A DNA stretch of 63,782 nucleotides, filler included, from Octopus bimaculoides (Eukaryota), in assembly GCF_001194135.2 (NCBI RefSeq). It is 13 parts of 13 records of this genome, joined end to end, with 100 filler letters (N's around TTAATTAATTAA, not from the genome) between each part and the next. Parts side by side here need not be neighbours in the genome. Positions count along the whole stretch, not along the records: positions 47,803 to 49,782 come from NW_026426816.1; positions 49,883 to 52,240 come from NC_068984.1; positions 52,341 to 55,236 come from NW_026437560.1; positions 55,337 to 56,789 come from NW_026360148.1; positions 56,890 to 61,777 come from NC_068987.1; positions 61,878 to 63,782 come from NW_026339807.1; 7 more parts are not named here. One strand, written 5' to 3'. The position numbers were made by a program, and so were the translations under genes. This document shows, one piece after another, positions 49,701-63,289 of this stretch. The first letter of the stretch is position 1, and each line of letters starts with the position of its first letter. The notes beneath the pieces are model-generated. The model did not search any database. It saw only the letters and a program-made list of their open reading frames with translations, and had not been told where the DNA came from.

Positions 49701-52629
49701 CATAAGCCTGTGTTCCCACATCAGTTTCACTGTGTTCCTAGTGTTATCCCAGTATACTCTTGTGCCTTAACACCACCAAATGNNNNNNNNNNNNNNNNNN
49801 NNNNNNNNNNNNNNNNNNNNNNNNNNTTAATTAATTAANNNNNNNNNNNNNNNNNNNNNNNNNNNNNNNNNNNNNNNNNNNNTATATATATATATATATA
49901 TATATATCATGATCATCATGATCATGATCATCATCATCATCATCATTTTTTAACGTCCACTTTCCATGCTGGCGTGGCTTGGACGGCTTGACTGAGGACT
50001 GGCGAGAAAGATGGCTGCACCAGGCTCTAATTGGATCTGGCAGAGTTTCTACAGCTGGATGCCCTTCCGAACGCCAACCACTCCAAGAGTGTAGTGGGTG
50101 CTTTTACATTCCACCGGCATTAGGGCCAGTCAGGCGGTACTGACAACGGCCATGCTCGAATGGTGTATATTACGTGCCACCTGCACTGGAGTCAGTCCAG
50201 TGGCACTGGTAACGACCTCACTCAAATGTTGTTTTTCACATACCACTGGCACAAGTGCCAGTAAGGCGACACTGGTAGCAATCACGCTCGAATGGTGATT
50301 TTTACGTATATATATATATATATATATATATACTCACACATACACACACACACACTCACACACGCACACATACACATATGTATAAAAAATCATAATAATA
50401 ATAAATGGCAAGTTTGTGTGATTGTGAATGTCTTACTTTAACTCCTCTGAAACTATCGAACAGACCTTGATGAAACTTGACACATGCGTGGGGCTTATGC
50501 CCATGCAGTCACTTACAAACTTGGAATTCCTTTAAAAAATCGATTTTTAATCAGCATCGATTTTTCAAAAATCATAAAATTTCAGCATTTTCCATACTAG
50601 ACATCACAACATCAATTTGATGAAAAATGCTGAAATTTGACCCAAAAGGTTTCATGGGTATAAACAGACAGCTTATTAATGGTAATCTATTTAGCATTTG
50701 TTAATTCGTCATTTCAATGCAAAATGTTTTGGTTTGCTAAAACGTATTATTTCAATTCATTGTTTTAATTCTAATGTGTTTCAGGGTTTGATTAGATAAG
50801 AGCATTTTATTTCTCAAGGAAAATTTAAGCATTTTGTGCACTAGCCATCATGACATCAATTTGATGAAATCTGCCCAAGGCATAAAATTTCGCCATTTTT
50901 CACACATGCACAAAAGCGAGAATGAAACAACTTCACTACCAGACCCTGCTCATTTTTTCGCCAAAGTTGTCCATTTTGGAGTTTTCCATCTAGCTTGTTT
51001 GTTTTCACCACAGCCAATGAGTTTAACCTACGCTTAGAAAAATCTATTTAACCCATAGATGAGATCCTGGCAGATACTACCATTCAGGGTCAGAACAGAT
51101 CTGAGAGTATTGATAATTAATAGGTGATTCCATGCTCCCTACAACTTCAGAACTTCCAAACTGCAGCCTCACCACTGGACACAGTTTAATGACATATATA
51201 AGAAGTTTATGTTGTTATTATATTTGATTTTATATGGCCAATATAATAATAATGATATAACCAGCCAGTCAATGATATTAGACAATCATTCTGAAATATT
51301 TCCAACACAAATATACCAAGTACAGACACTATGCTTTGAAGGAGTAAGAGAGCATAACTGAAAATCATGGGTCAGGAACAATGTATCATCTATTAGAGTA
51401 TAAATTTACAATAAATAGGTTATATATATAATACCCAAGTGCATTAACATTTCACCTATTTAATGTCACATAAACAAAGTTATAATGCATATCAGTTTGC
51501 AAAAATTATCACCAGTGATAAATAGAATTATATTTCGTCAATGCAAAGATTAATGATGAAATATAAAATAACTTAAAATTATCTTTAAAATATATTAATG
51601 ATGCAGGTTATGCCAATGTGGAAGTCACTTTATATCATTTGATCTACTACAAATGGTAGCCAAATTGCCATTAAATCATATCCTATCATCTTTGAAAAGA
51701 AGATCCTTACTGATATAGTTTGGAATCCACTGCAGCTACAAAATAATAATAATAATAATGATAAAAGATGGGATGGTCATAAGTGGAATACCTTTGATCA
51801 TTGACCAAGAAAAGTACACCATTTGAGTGATAAGCATAAAAACAGACAAGGCTTGCAACTTATTCTGCTCAAAGAGGATATCCATTTTGAATTGCTTGTA
51901 TGCTGTACAACTGAGATGGAACCCAATATACATAAATAATCCCTCTTTCACGTGCATGCATAAAGAGCAAAAGCACATGTTATTAGATTTCTAGCAGTTT
52001 TGTTGTGGATTCCAGTCAGTTGATGAACTGCACTGCTAACTCATTGAATTAGAGCATAAGTTGCTGAGTATTCCATAGACACTTGTATTCTTAAGATATT
52101 GTTCAGAAAATCAACTTGACACACTATAGCTGTGCTGAACCCAATGATGTTAGTGCTGAACCCTGTGATGTCAAATGTATAACTGGATATCAGAGGAATC
52201 AGATATTCTGTGGAAGAGAGAAGAGCACATTGGTTTGGGTNNNNNNNNNNNNNNNNNNNNNNNNNNNNNNNNNNNNNNNNNNNNTTAATTAATTAANNNN
52301 NNNNNNNNNNNNNNNNNNNNNNNNNNNNNNNNNNNNNNNNCACTTGTATTTCTCTTTGATTAAATTGATAAAAATCATTTTCACTTAAATTACCAAATAA
52401 TAATTTTTCTTTATTGAAATTGACAAATTAACATTTAATTTAAATTGACAAATAAGCATTTTATTTTATTAAATTTTCCAATAAATGTTTCTCTTTTATC
52501 TAATTGCCAAATAATCATTCAATTTATTAACATTACGAGAAATAATTCAAACGATCTTTAACGGAAGAATTTTGAGTAAAAACCAAGAAATTTAACTTGG
52601 AGTGTTCAATGGTATTGCTATACTTACAG

Positions 52630-52974
52630 GAAGGCTTAACATCCAGACCTAACATGAATGCATCCAGCGTCATCAATGTACCCAGATGTTCTTGTGAGTT
52701 CGAATACATATGGATGTCATTATTGTTTATCTATAAAGGAAGTGTTTTGTCATTCGGCTTATATGTAGCCTGGCAAATTCGTAACATTACTTTACCGTCA
52801 ATGGACGATGCTAAACCTATGATACTGATAATTCTGACAGTCTTCATCCTGTGTAGCAGTAGCATTGCTCTTTGGCATCTGTTTCGAGAAAAGCCTGTCG
52901 TGGTGAATTCTGGTCTTACACTCATAATTTGGCTATTTGCTTTATTTACTCAGTCTGCTATATTTATACCTAAG
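52630..52974 (+). CDS. Internal exon of a class C GPCR (GABA-B receptor-like 7TM; ECL2 to TM7)
   Basis: tacttacag acceptor, AAG|GTGAGT donor, 345 nt, phase 0/0; C...IWMSLLFIYKGSVLSFGLYVAWQIRNITLPSMDDAK...IFIPK resembles GABA-B W....Y.YKGLL..FG.FLAWETRNV.IPALNDSK...VFVPK. Confidence 0.9.
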
Positions 52975-53310
52975 GTGAGTCCTCTTTCATTACATTTCAC
53001 GAACTGACGTTAGATTTTATCTAATAACGCTTTTTGTCATGACGGGAAGATCAATACGGCAGACAAATCAATTAGAAAATAAAATAAATTAATGACTAGG
53101 AAGGAAAAATTAACTGAAACAACCTTCGATAAACATACTGGAGTGCGTACATTTATAATGTATACACAAATGTGGAATGGTACTAGTTGTAGTAATTCGT
53201 CTCAGAGATGTATTTCAAAGTGAGACTGCCAAAGAATCACCTGGCACGATGTTTCAACCTTATTTGACGAAAATCCCAGACTTTCTGAGCCAAGCTGAAA
53301 ATACTTGTTC

Positions 53311-53476
53311 CAGGGGCGAACCGAGTCGTCGGTCAATCGGGCCCTACTCAAGGGCCCGGAGCTCTGAGGGGCCCGCACTCTACATGTTCACTCTACTAAA
53401 ACACACATTCAAAAGGGCCTGGTAAACATTTATACGGTTATGCCCGAGGGCCCTTAATACTCTCAGTCAGCCTCTG
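53311..53476. mobile_element. hAT-type MITE (166 bp) with a perfect 8-bp TSD
   Basis: acttgttc|CAGGGGCGAACCGAG ... CTCAGTCAGCCTCTG|acttgttc. Confidence 0.85.
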
Positions 53477-54964
53477 ACTTGTTCAGATATATGAATTAGT
53501 AAACAAAAGATTTACTGGTTTGTGCGAAAGCTAACCAGGCTAGAACCAATTAATATATACACTTAAGACATTATAAATGTTATATAAGTCAGTATTGTGA
53601 TCTAAGGCTCTTTCAAATGCATTTACTAATTTTATGAGGCAGTGTTTTATTTGATGTTCTTCCTTTCGCCAATCCTGTTATCGTTTTTGCATAATGATAG
53701 TAAAACGTCAACAATCAACACTAGATACTATTCACTCACAAAATACTTAATCAGTAAATATTAAACCATCATATAAAGTCGACTAACAAATATTAGATCA
53801 TATTGTTGTTGTTNNNNNNNNNNNNNNNNNNNNNNNNNNNNNNNNNNNNNNNNNNNNNNNNNNNNNNNNNNNNNNNNNNNNNNNNNNNNNNNNNNNNNNN
53901 NNNNNNNNNNNNNNNNNNNNNNNNNNNNNNNNNNNNNNNNNNNNNNNNNNNNNNNNNNNNNNNNNNNNNNNNNNNNNNNNNNNNNNNNNNNNNNNNNNNN
54001 NNNNNNNNNNNNNNNNNNNNNNNNNNNNNNNNNNNNNNNNNNNNNNNNNNNNNNNNNNNNNNNNNNNNNNNNNNNNNNNNNNNNNNNNNNNNNNNNNNNN
54101 NNNNNNNNNNNNNNNNNNNNNNNNNNNNNNNNNNNNNNNNNNNNNNNNNNNNNNNNNNNNNNNNNNNNNNNNNNNNNNNNNNNNNNNNNNNNNNNNNNNN
54201 NNNNNNNNNNNNNNNNNNNNNNNNNNNNNNNNNNNNNNNNNNNNNNNNNNNNNNNNNNNNNNNNNNNNNNNNNNNNNNNNNNNNNNNNNNNNNNCTAACC
54301 AATCAATCTTATTGGCGATCTTATCTTTAGTCATCTATGCTTACCGCCATTCTATTCTATCAATTCCTTTGCCATTATTCGTAATACCTCAATCACCTAA
54401 TCATCATCTGGTCAATCGTTAATAAAACAATATTCACCGATCCTACCATCTATCACTCCTTCTATGTGAGGCATCCTACCATCAACCATTTTGTCATAAA
54501 TCATGTAAACAGCATCCAATTCGTCATCAGTAAAATATTTAATCATCTTACTGTCTGTCACTCGTATATTTGACATCCAACTATCAGTCACATTATCATC
54601 AATCGGACATTAATCACTTATTCTGCCTGCAACCATATTACCATCAATCATACTATCACCATGTAATCTGACGTCAATAAGAAAACATTGAATAATTTTT
54701 CCATCTGCCAATGTTCCTATATTAAATATCGAACCGCCAATCATTCTACTATCAGTTATTTTAACGTCAATCGTTCTGCGATAAAACATACTACCATCAT
54801 GTAATCTGCTACTGATAAAGTAAGATTCAATCATTTATTGTCTATCAATCATCCTTAGACATCTTACGATCAGTCACGCTAATATTCAATTGATCTGCTA
54901 TCAATCCCACTACCATCAATCATATCGCAATCATACAGCTTATCCTTTTTCTTCATCCGTTATA

Positions 54965-55177
54965 TTGGGTTCAAATTTTGGCACAAGGCCGTCAAGTTTG
55001 GGGAAGAGAGTAAATCGGTTACGTTGGTCCTAGTGCTCAACTTATTTTATCAACCTCAAAAGGATGAAAGGTAAAGTCGACCTCGGCGGAATTTGAATTC
55101 ATAACGTAAAGACGGACGAAATGTCTCTAAGCATTTTTGCCCTGAGTGTTAACGATTCTGCCAGCTCACCGCCTTTA
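54965..55177 (-). mobile_element. SINE family A copy
   Basis: Match to the family A consensus. Confidence 0.8.
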
Positions 55178-56225
55178 ATCCTCGTCTGTTAAATTAAAAT
55201 GCCAAGGGGATGATCAATGTGTTTGAGGGAGAGAGANNNNNNNNNNNNNNNNNNNNNNNNNNNNNNNNNNNNNNNNNNNNTTAATTAATTAANNNNNNNN
55301 NNNNNNNNNNNNNNNNNNNNNNNNNNNNNNNNNNNNTATATAACTTTTACCGATAATGGTTTTTTAACACACCGAACTACTTGGTAGAATTATTAATTAT
55401 TAATTAATTACTTATTTTTACCCTATATCTGTGAGAATTTATTCACTCCCTGATGGTAAACTGCAGTTTCTGCGGGATTACTTGTAGCGCACGTGGGTAA
55501 TTGCGGAATGATACGATTTTCTTGCTCGTCTATATGGAAGCGGAAATGCTGTTCTTGGANNNNNNNNNNGCACGTGGGTAATTGCGGAATGATACGATTT
55601 TCTTGCTCGTCTATATGGAAGCGGAAATGCTGTTCTTGGATAATCGTTTTGATGTCGCCTGATCGAATTAATTATTCTTTTATTAGTATTCTCGGATTTA
55701 TAATTTTGAAATATTGTACTGATGAAGGAAATAAGTTCGGGTAATATAATTTACACCTCTTTAATTCTGAAACGCGTATACAATTAATCAAAGCCGGGTG
55801 AATTCATTATTTGTTTCTTTTTTGCCTTTGTAGTTGCAAGTATTTGTCTGTCTGGGAGTTATATTTTGGCAGAGAAATAGTAGTTTTGACTGCTATTTCT
55901 AATTTTCGGTGTGTGGTGAAGCAATTCTTGCTTAACCCTAATTTTAATTTTGTTTATATAACTTTTACCGATAATGGTTTTTTAACGCACCGAACTACTT
56001 GGTAAAATGATTAATTATTAATTAATTACTAATTTTTACCCTATATCTGTAAGTATATATATATTATATATATAATATATATATGTATTATATATATATA
56101 CTATATATATTTATATATAATGTATATATAATATATATATGTATCTTATATATATATATATACCCTATATATCATATATATATATTTATTTATATATGTT
56201 ATATATATATATTATATATATGTAT

Positions 56226-56306
<81 letters not shown>

Positions 56307-56309
56307 TTA

Positions 56310-56344
<35 letters not shown>

Positions 56345-56890
56345 ATGTATAATATAGGTATCAGAATATACCATAAACAAGTATAAAAAATGGAGAAAAG
56401 ATGTTGAATCAGAAATGGATTTATCATAAATCTGGATTCAATGCATACGTACGTTTCGAAACCGATGAAAAATGTAAGAAAAAAATTAAATCATAGTGAT
56501 TATAATTATAATTGAAAATAAAAACTAAAATTAAAAATAAAAATTAAAATAAAATAAAATTTAAAATTTAATTTCTGCATTGTCATTCTCATCAGTGAGG
56601 AATCTTTTGAAGAACATCAAAAAAGTTTAATAAGATGAAATAAAATGAGATAAAAATAAAATAAAATAAAAATAAAATAAGATGCAATAAGAGAACACAG
56701 ATGGGGAAATAAGGGAAATCGGATAATTTACAAACCAAATTGTGAACGGGAAAAATAATGATATCAACAATAATAATAGTGAGAGAGACNNNNNNNNNNN
56801 NNNNNNNNNNNNNNNNNNNNNNNNNNNNNNNNNTTAATTAATTAANNNNNNNNNNNNNNNNNNNNNNNNNNNNNNNNNNNNNNNNNNNNC

Positions 56891-57812
56891 ACTTGCAAAG
56901 TGTTGAGTAAAATTATTTCGTTGCAGACCTCCGGCTATTTTGTTCTGTTGTTAATTCTGTAGATGACCTGAAACACAAAGTCTTTCCCAACTTTAAACAA
57001 AACTACCAAAATCACAATTGGCTATGTGAAAGAGCAATATTAGCTCCAAAAAACGTAGCTGTTACAAAAATTAATCAACACCTGATGCATTCTCTTCCCG
57101 GCAATCTTCAAACTTACAAGTCTGTTGATACAGTTCCAGATACAAATGAAGTGGTGAACTATCCTCCTGAATTTCTCAATTCATTGGAGCCTCCAGGACT
57201 ACCTCCCCACATATTATCACTTAAAGTTGGAACGCCTGCCATGCTGCTCCGCAATCTGGAACCACCAAGACTTTACAATGGAACACGACTCGTGATAAAG
57301 AAAATGATGTCACACGTTATCGAGGCTACCATTCTTTCTGGATGTGCAAAAGGGGATGACGTCTTTTTTCCAAGAATTCGTCTTACTCCATCAGGAGCAC
57401 ACATTCCTTTTACATTCAGAAGACTACAATTCCCCCTTCGTTGACTTTTACCATGTACATAAACAAATCTCAGGGTCAAATATTGTCTGTAGATGGTCTT
57501 CTCTTGGAAGAGCCCTGCTCAAGAGTGGGCAGCAAAAAAAACCTATCCGTATATGCTCCACAAGGGAAAACAAGGAACATTGTTTACAACGAGGTGTTAT
57601 AATCACAACAGCAAGAAAGTATGTACATGATCACCTTCTTTTACGAAACTTCATTGACTTTCATATATTTATATTGATATACATATATATACGTGTGTTT
57701 GGGTGCGTGTGTGTATATACATCTCCTTATATAAAGATGATGCGTAGGCTAGACGGCGTTTTTAGATTTCATTATTCTCTTTAATCCGGGCAACGCCGGG
57801 TATTTCTGCTAG
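56891..57812 (+). mobile_element. Helitron 3' end: Pif1-type helicase C-terminus and hairpin-CTAG terminus
   Basis: WLCERAILAPKN...YPPEFLNSLEPPGLPPHILSLKVG.P.MLLRNL...NGTRL...RRLQFPLR*..INKSQGQ; CCGGGCAACGCCGGG then CTAG|T at 57809-57813. Confidence 0.92.
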
Positions 57813-60184
57813 TATTTGTATAATTATGTTCATGGGTGCATTTCTATGCGTGGTTATTTGTATATGTGTATACGTTTTTATTCATTTTCAGTTCGAATTC
57901 ATTTTGCTTTTAGAAACTGGTGTTAAAGGGATACAGTCAATTACATCCAACCTGGTGCTTTAGTCCAGTTTCCATTTCTCCATCGCGGTTTTTCGAGTGG
58001 TTGATTTCACCAAATGAGTCACATTCATGTAATCATTTATTTCACGGAATGAGAAATTTGGAACGGTTAAACTCAAACAGATAGAATATGCGCCTACACC
58101 ACTTCATCTGCCTGATGGCCCTTTGATCACACAAGCAAAACTTTTAATGGAAAGATATTGAATCGACAAATGCTAAATAAATAAATGAATAAGTAAATAA
58201 AAAAAATAATAGTTTCTAGTACGATATTGAGTAATGTTTCTTCCGATAGTCAGCACTAAACGAATACATAAATACATACATAACAAAAATGTGCATACAT
58301 ATATACATGCGTATACACAATGGCGCGCGCAGACACACATACACACACACAAACACACATACACACACACATTTACATACATACACACATAAATGCATAC
58401 ATACATACATACGTACATGCGTGTTCTTGAAATACATTTCAATCAGTAGTCATATGAAAATTTGCGAAAGTTTCTAAAGATTCTCCGTGCGAATTTCACA
58501 TAAAAACGTTCTGTAAAACATGTAAACTTCTCGACACACCTAGCAGCCAGATGAATTTTCTGGGTGAGACATATGCACATATACCATGTATTAGTAATCA
58601 GATTGAATTCTCCCAACCAAAAAGAAAAGAGAAACAAGTAAATCTAGAAAATAGCATGCATATATACACGACCGAAGGACAATCTGTGTAAGCTGGAGTT
58701 TCCACGTAAAAAATCAACCTGCTAACACGCATATTACAATTACACTCTGTAAAAATATATGCAATTTTTTTTTCAAAACAACTTAAACTTTGGGCTCAAT
58801 AATGGCTCTTTTTCGTATGACACTAACACGAATTGTGGAGAAAAAAATGTATGCCTACGCACACATACAAATCATGGATACAAACAGCCCTTGTCCGATG
58901 TACTACTGTACCACTTGACGGGGTGAATTTAAAGAGTTTTGTATATTTGGGACAGTCATTAGACGAATTCACTTAAGGGGCAAAATAAATACATTGCCAC
59001 GACATTAACGCACGGATCTAGCGGTAAGCGTGCAAGATGTTCTGATACTAATCACTTGACAATCTTCTGCCAATTAAATTATATCCTTAAGTGATATTAG
59101 CATGAACCATATTCTCTCTGAAACACTAAGTGAATTTTCGAGCTCCAAGACTATTGCGGTATAAAGTCACATATTTCTGTTTCATTTAAATATTAAAAGT
59201 TAGAAGAATCTGTGAAACCAGTTAAGCATATAAATTACGTAAAATATATATTAAAAGTCAGAATACAAAATGCACCTGTTTCCTAGAAAGAAGAGTTAAA
59301 AAATCTCCAGAGCCACGCATCTATCATTGCATGTAAAGACGCAGGGAAAATGTAGCTAATATACTAAAACTACAGCCGTCCTATTTCTAAAATAACAAAC
59401 AGGAGAGTATATATCACTCTATCAATTGATTTCGCTTTCTCTGCCGAAAGACACTTACAGCTCATCAGTTAGGCTAACTATATATTAACCTTTTAGTTCG
59501 CGTCTGTTCAGCTGAAGGCTCTGCTAATTCCAAACGATCATTAGCAATCAAGTATTAATTCAAAATTCAAATAAGTTATTATTATCCCCNNNNNNNNNNN
59601 NNNNNNNNNNNNNNNNNNNNNNNNNNNNNNNNNNNNNNNNNNNNNNNNNNNNNNNNNNNNNNNNNNNNNNNNNAAAAAAAAAACGTATACTCTTAGCATA
59701 TTATGAATGTGTTTAGTATCTTTCCTACATTATTCGTGCACGTTCACATATAGTGTGACATGCGTGGTTTTAGAGTGGTTTCACTTTACTTTCTGGCAAA
59801 CAGGTGCATTTTGTACTTTTAATATATATTTTGCATATTTTGTCTATTTGTTAACGTTTACTAGCCACGTTATCATATTTATTTTTTAAGATACTGATAA
59901 CTTTGGGTGTATACTTGCTCGATAATGTTCGTTTGGAAGTCGTGGGGCCTTCAACTGAAACAGACACGCACGGTATCGTAACTATATTTGTTTAAAATAG
60001 CTTACGTAGTAAGCGTAACTAGTGAGATGTGTCTTTCGGCACAGAAATCGAAATCAGTTGATAGAGTGATATCTACTCTCCTCTTTGTAATTTTACAAAT
60101 GCGACGACAGTTTATTTTAGTATATCTGCTACATTCTCAGTGCGTCTTTACGTATAATGATAGATGCGTCTCTTTGGAGAGTTT

Positions 60185-61332
60185 CAGGGGTTGGACAAAC
60201 TAATGGAAACAGCTAGCATCATAGCATCATAATTTTGAAATATCTATAAAACCTTTTCAAAGACGTCAAATTGTTTGCGTTCGTATGGAAGGCACTAGCG
60301 TAACGAAGACAGCAGAAATATTTGGTGTATCAAGAAGTAGTGTCTCGAAAGTAATTACAGCCTTTGAAAAAGAGGGAAGAAACCTCATTGTCGAAACAAA
60401 TCTCCGGAAGAAAACCAAAACCTTCAGAGAGGGACCGTCGGATTCTTACGTAAATTGCTAGAATGGCTCACAAAAGCACAACTCTCAAAATTACTGTAGA
60501 GCTTAACGACCACCTCCAGAACCCAGTTTTCACAAACTCTGTTCGCCGGGTGCTGCACAGACCGGATTTCACGGGAGGGCTACAATCAGAAAACCACTAC
60601 TTTCAAAAACAAATATTGAAAAGCGTTACGATTGGAGTAAAAACCTACAGAATTGGTCCCTAGAGCAATGGAAGAATTATTTTCTCAGACGAGTCATCCT
60701 ATACTTTATTTCGGACCACCGACGGAAATAAGCTAAAGGAGACAGACAAAAGAAGCATTTGACCCAGACTGCCTTTTTTCGACTGTTAAACATTGAGGAG
60801 GATCTGTGATGATCTGGCGGGGGGAGGCTATATCTTGGAAATTCGCCGGCCCAATGGTTTCCCTTCGTTCCAGAATAAATTTTCAAGACTTTTTAAGCAT
60901 TTTATCTGAACAAATTCATCCTATGTTTGCGAAACTGTTTCCCTCATGAAACGCAATCATTAAGGATGATAATACACCAATTCACACAGCTAAATTCGTT
61001 ACTGAATGGTACGAGGAACATTCTAGTGAAGTTGAACATCTTATCCCGCCACCACAGTCCCGAGATCTCAATATTATTGAACATATATGGTACATTTTAT
61101 AAAAACAACTCGAGTCGATATCCTCCATCATCATCGCTAATAGAAAAGGAGACTGATTTAGTTGAAGAATCGACAAAAATTCCTTTAGAAACAATTCAAA
61201 ATGTTAACGTTTTTTAGGACTCCATACCTCGTAGAATTAAAGGTGTAATTACTGACAAAGCTGTTCCTACCCCATATTAAGATAAATTTGTTTGCAATTT
61301 TAAGGAATTTCCATTATTTTTCCCAAACGGTG
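60185..61332 (+). mobile_element. Tc1-like (DD34E-type) transposon, decayed, near full length
   Basis: HTH FQRRQIV...TAEIFGVSRSSVSKV; RKPLLSK; FSDES; GGSVMIW; DDNTPIH; PPQSRDLNIIEHIW; degenerate TIRs caggggttggacaaactaatggaaa / tttccattatttttcccaaacggtg. Confidence 0.9.
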
Positions 61333-62653
61333 TGTTTGTGTATGTGTGTGTGTGTATGTGTGTGTGTGTGTATGTCTGTGTGTGTGTATGTATGTGGGTG
61401 TGTGTGTGTATGTGTGTGTGTGTGTGTGTGTATTCCCTCCTTGGCTATCGCCGAGCAAACGCACGAACAAATTCGTCCCTTTCAAGTTCGTGCTTCACAG
61501 CGTTCATACACATATTTTTTCTCGTCTGGCCGTAAAGCCTTTTCTGTTTGTTTCCCTGTCTTGTTTTTTGTCCGCCACTACATTCCTCCATGGCTAGATT
61601 TAATTTGCGTATACAAATTTAATCTGCGGTCCATGGGATGAGCCGTTTTAACGATGCGTCCTGCCCGAAGCTCGTCGAAACGCCGGTGTTAAAACGTGGG
61701 TAGCTGATGAAGTAGAATGTTCTCTATGTGGCTCGTGTGTTTTCTCGTCTACGTTTGTTTGCAATGTCCTGTACCCANNNNNNNNNNNNNNNNNNNNNNN
61801 NNNNNNNNNNNNNNNNNNNNNTTAATTAATTAANNNNNNNNNNNNNNNNNNNNNNNNNNNNNNNNNNNNNNNNNNNNTCGAAACCGCGGTCGTATGACCG
61901 CGAGTCCGCTGCCCTAACCACTGGGCCGTTGCGCCTCCACATAACAACAACTACAACAACAATAATGACGACGATGATGACAACAGCAGCAGCAGCAGCA
62001 ACGACGGCGAAAACAACATCAGTAACAACAACAACAACAACAACACCAACAGCAACAACAAGTCGAGGCGGAAGGTTCTACCTGGTCGATCGACATGCTA
62101 GAAATAATAGTAAATTTTCTTGAGAATAAAACTTCACAAGCAGATTGAATAATGATAGTGTCCTAGATACAGTATGTCCTGGTAAATAAAACAAAATGGA
62201 ATTGTCACGGAAGGATTGCGTTTAGAATACAGGGTCTGGTTTTTGTCAGAGCTGACCATGGCTTGAGTAACAATAAGCGAAAGAACAACTGATATGGAAA
62301 CTCTGACTGTATACATTATACATACATACATACATACATACATACATACATACATACATACATACATACATACAAACATACACTACATGCACACATACAT
62401 ACATACACACATACATATACATACACGCATACTTCTATACATACGCATACATATATACATACATACACATACATACATACACATACATACATACATACAT
62501 ACATACATGTATGCATGCATGTGTAGCCCCTTGACCTTGACCTCAACAGATACAAGACTTAATCAAATACAAAAAGAACAGACAGTGTCTATGGCCTTAA
62601 GTAATTTAAGTAATTAAAACCCTAAAAAGAGGAGCTTGGTTAGGTGGGTTATG

Positions 62654-62705
<52 letters not shown>

Positions 62706-63289
62706 CACATACCGGTAGACAAATAAATAGAGAGTGAGAGAGAGAGAGAGATTTGATTAAAGGGGACTTATGAGGGATCTAGGCATATCAAAGTGACGCA
62801 CGCCACAATTAATGGCGAGACAGAATGACGCAAATCATAGTTAAGTAAACAATTATCTTAGCATGGAATGCATCGATGAATAGAAGTTTCACTGTTTGGT
62901 AATCCACAACTCCAACAGTATCCAAAGATGAATAGAAACCTTAAGTGTGGTTATAAAGATAAAAAAACAGGCGAATGGGTTATTAGGTCCTGCTACAATT
63001 GTTTCGTTTATCGTCCTTATTGTGACGTAATCATTTTTTACAGTCAGGAATGTAGTATGGACGACATCCATAAGAATATGTCATACGTTACACAACACTC
63101 GACGAACTTTTGGGAAAGCCCGATGAGTTGAGAGAAGAGTAACATACTCACTCACACACACACACTCACTCACACTCACTCACACAATCACATACGCGCG
63201 TGCGCATATTATTGAAGCCGCTTATTACGTTACTTTTGGGACAAAGTCCTTTAGATAACAGTAACCGTTTGATAATATTATACGTTACT

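Noticed and set aside
51830-51990. Short ORFs upstream of the GPCR exon as a candidate TM4 exon
   Set aside because: No W...DP-type TM4 signature or usable splice sites.
55490-55640. 70-bp direct duplication around a 10-N gap
   Set aside because: Assembly overlap artefact rather than a real tandem repeat.
61645-61700. Possible hammerhead (ttttaa...GAAAC-GCCG-GTG-ttaaaa)
   Set aside because: The CUGANGA core is destroyed and the cleavage triplet is GUG; at best a dead remnant.
61878-61935. tRNA-like sequence on the minus strand (also ggtttcgaatcccggctcacca near 24290)
   Set aside because: Only A/B-box SINE heads; no complete cloverleaf.
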